Origin: Chiloscyllium plagiosum
Taxonomy: Eukaryota
Assembly (NCBI RefSeq): GCF_004010195.1
Contig: NC_057718.1
Location: 73,082,713 to 73,146,712, forward strand
Direction: 5' to 3'
DNA: 64,000 nt
The first letter of the stretch is position 1, and each line of letters begins with the position of its first letter. Positions 62,381 through 64,000 of this stretch are shown one piece after another. The translations under genes and the position numbers were made by a program. The notes beneath the pieces were generated by a model. The model saw nothing but the letters and a program-made list of their open reading frames with translations, was not told the origin of the DNA and ran no database searches.

Positions 62381-63861
62381 ATAATGGCTGATGATTTTGA
62401 GCTAAACTATAAAACTGAAACGTTTCTCAGTCAACCCCATAAATTCAAAAGGGATTGAAAATAGGAGAGTGAAAGGAAGGTGACAAATGGTTAACTGTGA
62501 AAATTTCAAAGTCTCCTCCTCAGACCAAAAGGGAAAGTACTGACAATGGAGGCGAAAACTTGGAATCTGAGGTCTTTCTCTGCAACAAGGTAGAACATAT
62601 TCATTCAGCATGCTGGAAGTTGAGATAAAAGCCCATGGAATTATTTAGAATGCAAAATAATGAGTCTGAAAGGGAACTTCAAAGGAAAAGGCCGTGAATC
62701 AAATTGTAGCTTTTTCTAGAACTAAGAGACCAAGTGAGACACTACTGTGAGTGCAGATGATAGCCATAGTAGATAAGAAATATGAAGGTTTTTGTGTGAG
62801 AAAAGATCACTCCTTTTCAAAAAAAAAATGCAGTCCGTAGCTATACTAAGAGTTACAAAGGGCTGCTCAAACTCTCTTGCTGGAGAAGCTTTTAGTTTTC
62901 CCTCCAGAGAGTTCAAAGAAGCCAAATTGTTGATAAATGGCATAGGTGGAGAGTATTTTCTGGTTAGGATTATAGAGGTTTACAGCATACAAAAGACCCT
63001 TTGGCCCATCAAATCTGTGCCAGTCAAAAACAGCCACCTAACTATTCTAATCCAATTTTCCTGCACTTGGCCCAAAGTGTTATGCCTTGCCGTCACAGGA
63101 GTACATCTAAATACTACTAAAATGTTAAGAACTGGTAGCATTCAGCCTTTTCGTTAGCTATATAATTTTAAAGATTTTCTAATCAATATTCAGACATGTA
63201 TTACACACCTCCTGGAGCATCCCAGGAGATGTGTACCACATCTCACCTCCCAGACATCTGGTTGCATTCAGGATATTTTCTTAATCAACCTGTTCAGAGA
63301 TGTTATTACACACATCTGGAGCAGGTGAAACTTGAACCCCGATCTCAGAGGTAGGGACACTGTCATTATGCCACAAGAACTACTCAAGTAACTTTCTGAT
63401 TCACTTCTGTCAGTTGGATTCAACTATTGCTGCTAGTGGTGCAATAGACTATTAATGCCAGCCAATACTAGTAGCTAGGCAGTATGCCTCCCTTCTGGTA
63501 ATTGCATGATGCAAATATCTTTATAATGTGAATTGTTTCCCCACTGTTTTTCAGCTTTATGCTTTATTGTTAATATAAGATCAATAAAGTGGGATCAATA
63601 AAAAGGGGAAAAAATGCATGACAGCAGGACTGTCATGCTTTTCTTTTTATTTAAACTTTTATCAAGAAACACAAAAATAAAAACTGAAAACATGGAAATA
63701 ATTATACATGAAATTGTCAAAAGCAAACCATAATTAACTGTTATCAAGGCATCTAAAATCAAGAATGCATTGAAAATGTGACATAAGTTATGCACTGTGA
63801 TTGTATAAAGACAATAATTTTAACTAAAGGAATCCCAGAAAAAGAAACCAAAAATGGCTTC

Positions 63862-63946
63862 TTATTTAGGGACTGCATTTTCTCCACTGTGTACAAGATG
63901 ATCTTCCAAATCTCCTTTTGTTGGTTTCTCTTCACTTATCCCCTGG
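63862..63946 (-). CDS. Possible terminal coding exon of an unidentified minus-strand gene
   Basis: Branch-like CTAAT, a pyrimidine-rich tract and CAG precede QGISEEKPTKGDLEDHLVHSGENAVPK*. Non-repetitive AT-rich sequence follows, with minus-strand AATAAA at 63646-63651 and 63563-63568. Confidence 0.35.
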
Positions 63947-64000
63947 CTGTTCAGATAATGTATGAAGAATGTTTGCAAAAGAAAGAATTAGCTACAAATA

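Overview
Repeat-dominated vertebrate genomic DNA with two N-gaps (43243-43411, 48061-48966). The repeat set (HE1/V-domain SINEs, many CR1 LINEs, Penelope-like elements) points to a shark; this is inference. The one well-supported host gene feature is the first coding exon (39792-39920, minus) of an RLF/ZNF292/ZNF654-family zinc-finger gene, most like RLF, in a CpG-rich, apparently bidirectional promoter. I found no exon 2, so 1-39791 is probably intron 1. A possible terminal exon of another minus-strand gene lies at the right edge. The rest is nested CR1, SINE, Gypsy, Penelope and MITE debris. The most notable signal is a set of about nine minimal hammerhead-ribozyme motifs from several Penelope-like families. 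They occur in inverted pLTRs, in ~210-bp palindromic mini-elements with 13-15 bp TSDs, and in a retrozyme-like direct-repeat unit with 615-nt spacing. A full-length CR1 also has 121-bp 5' UTR monomers that each hold an exon-like cassette. All calls were made by eye, most repeat boundaries are approximate, and no searches were run.
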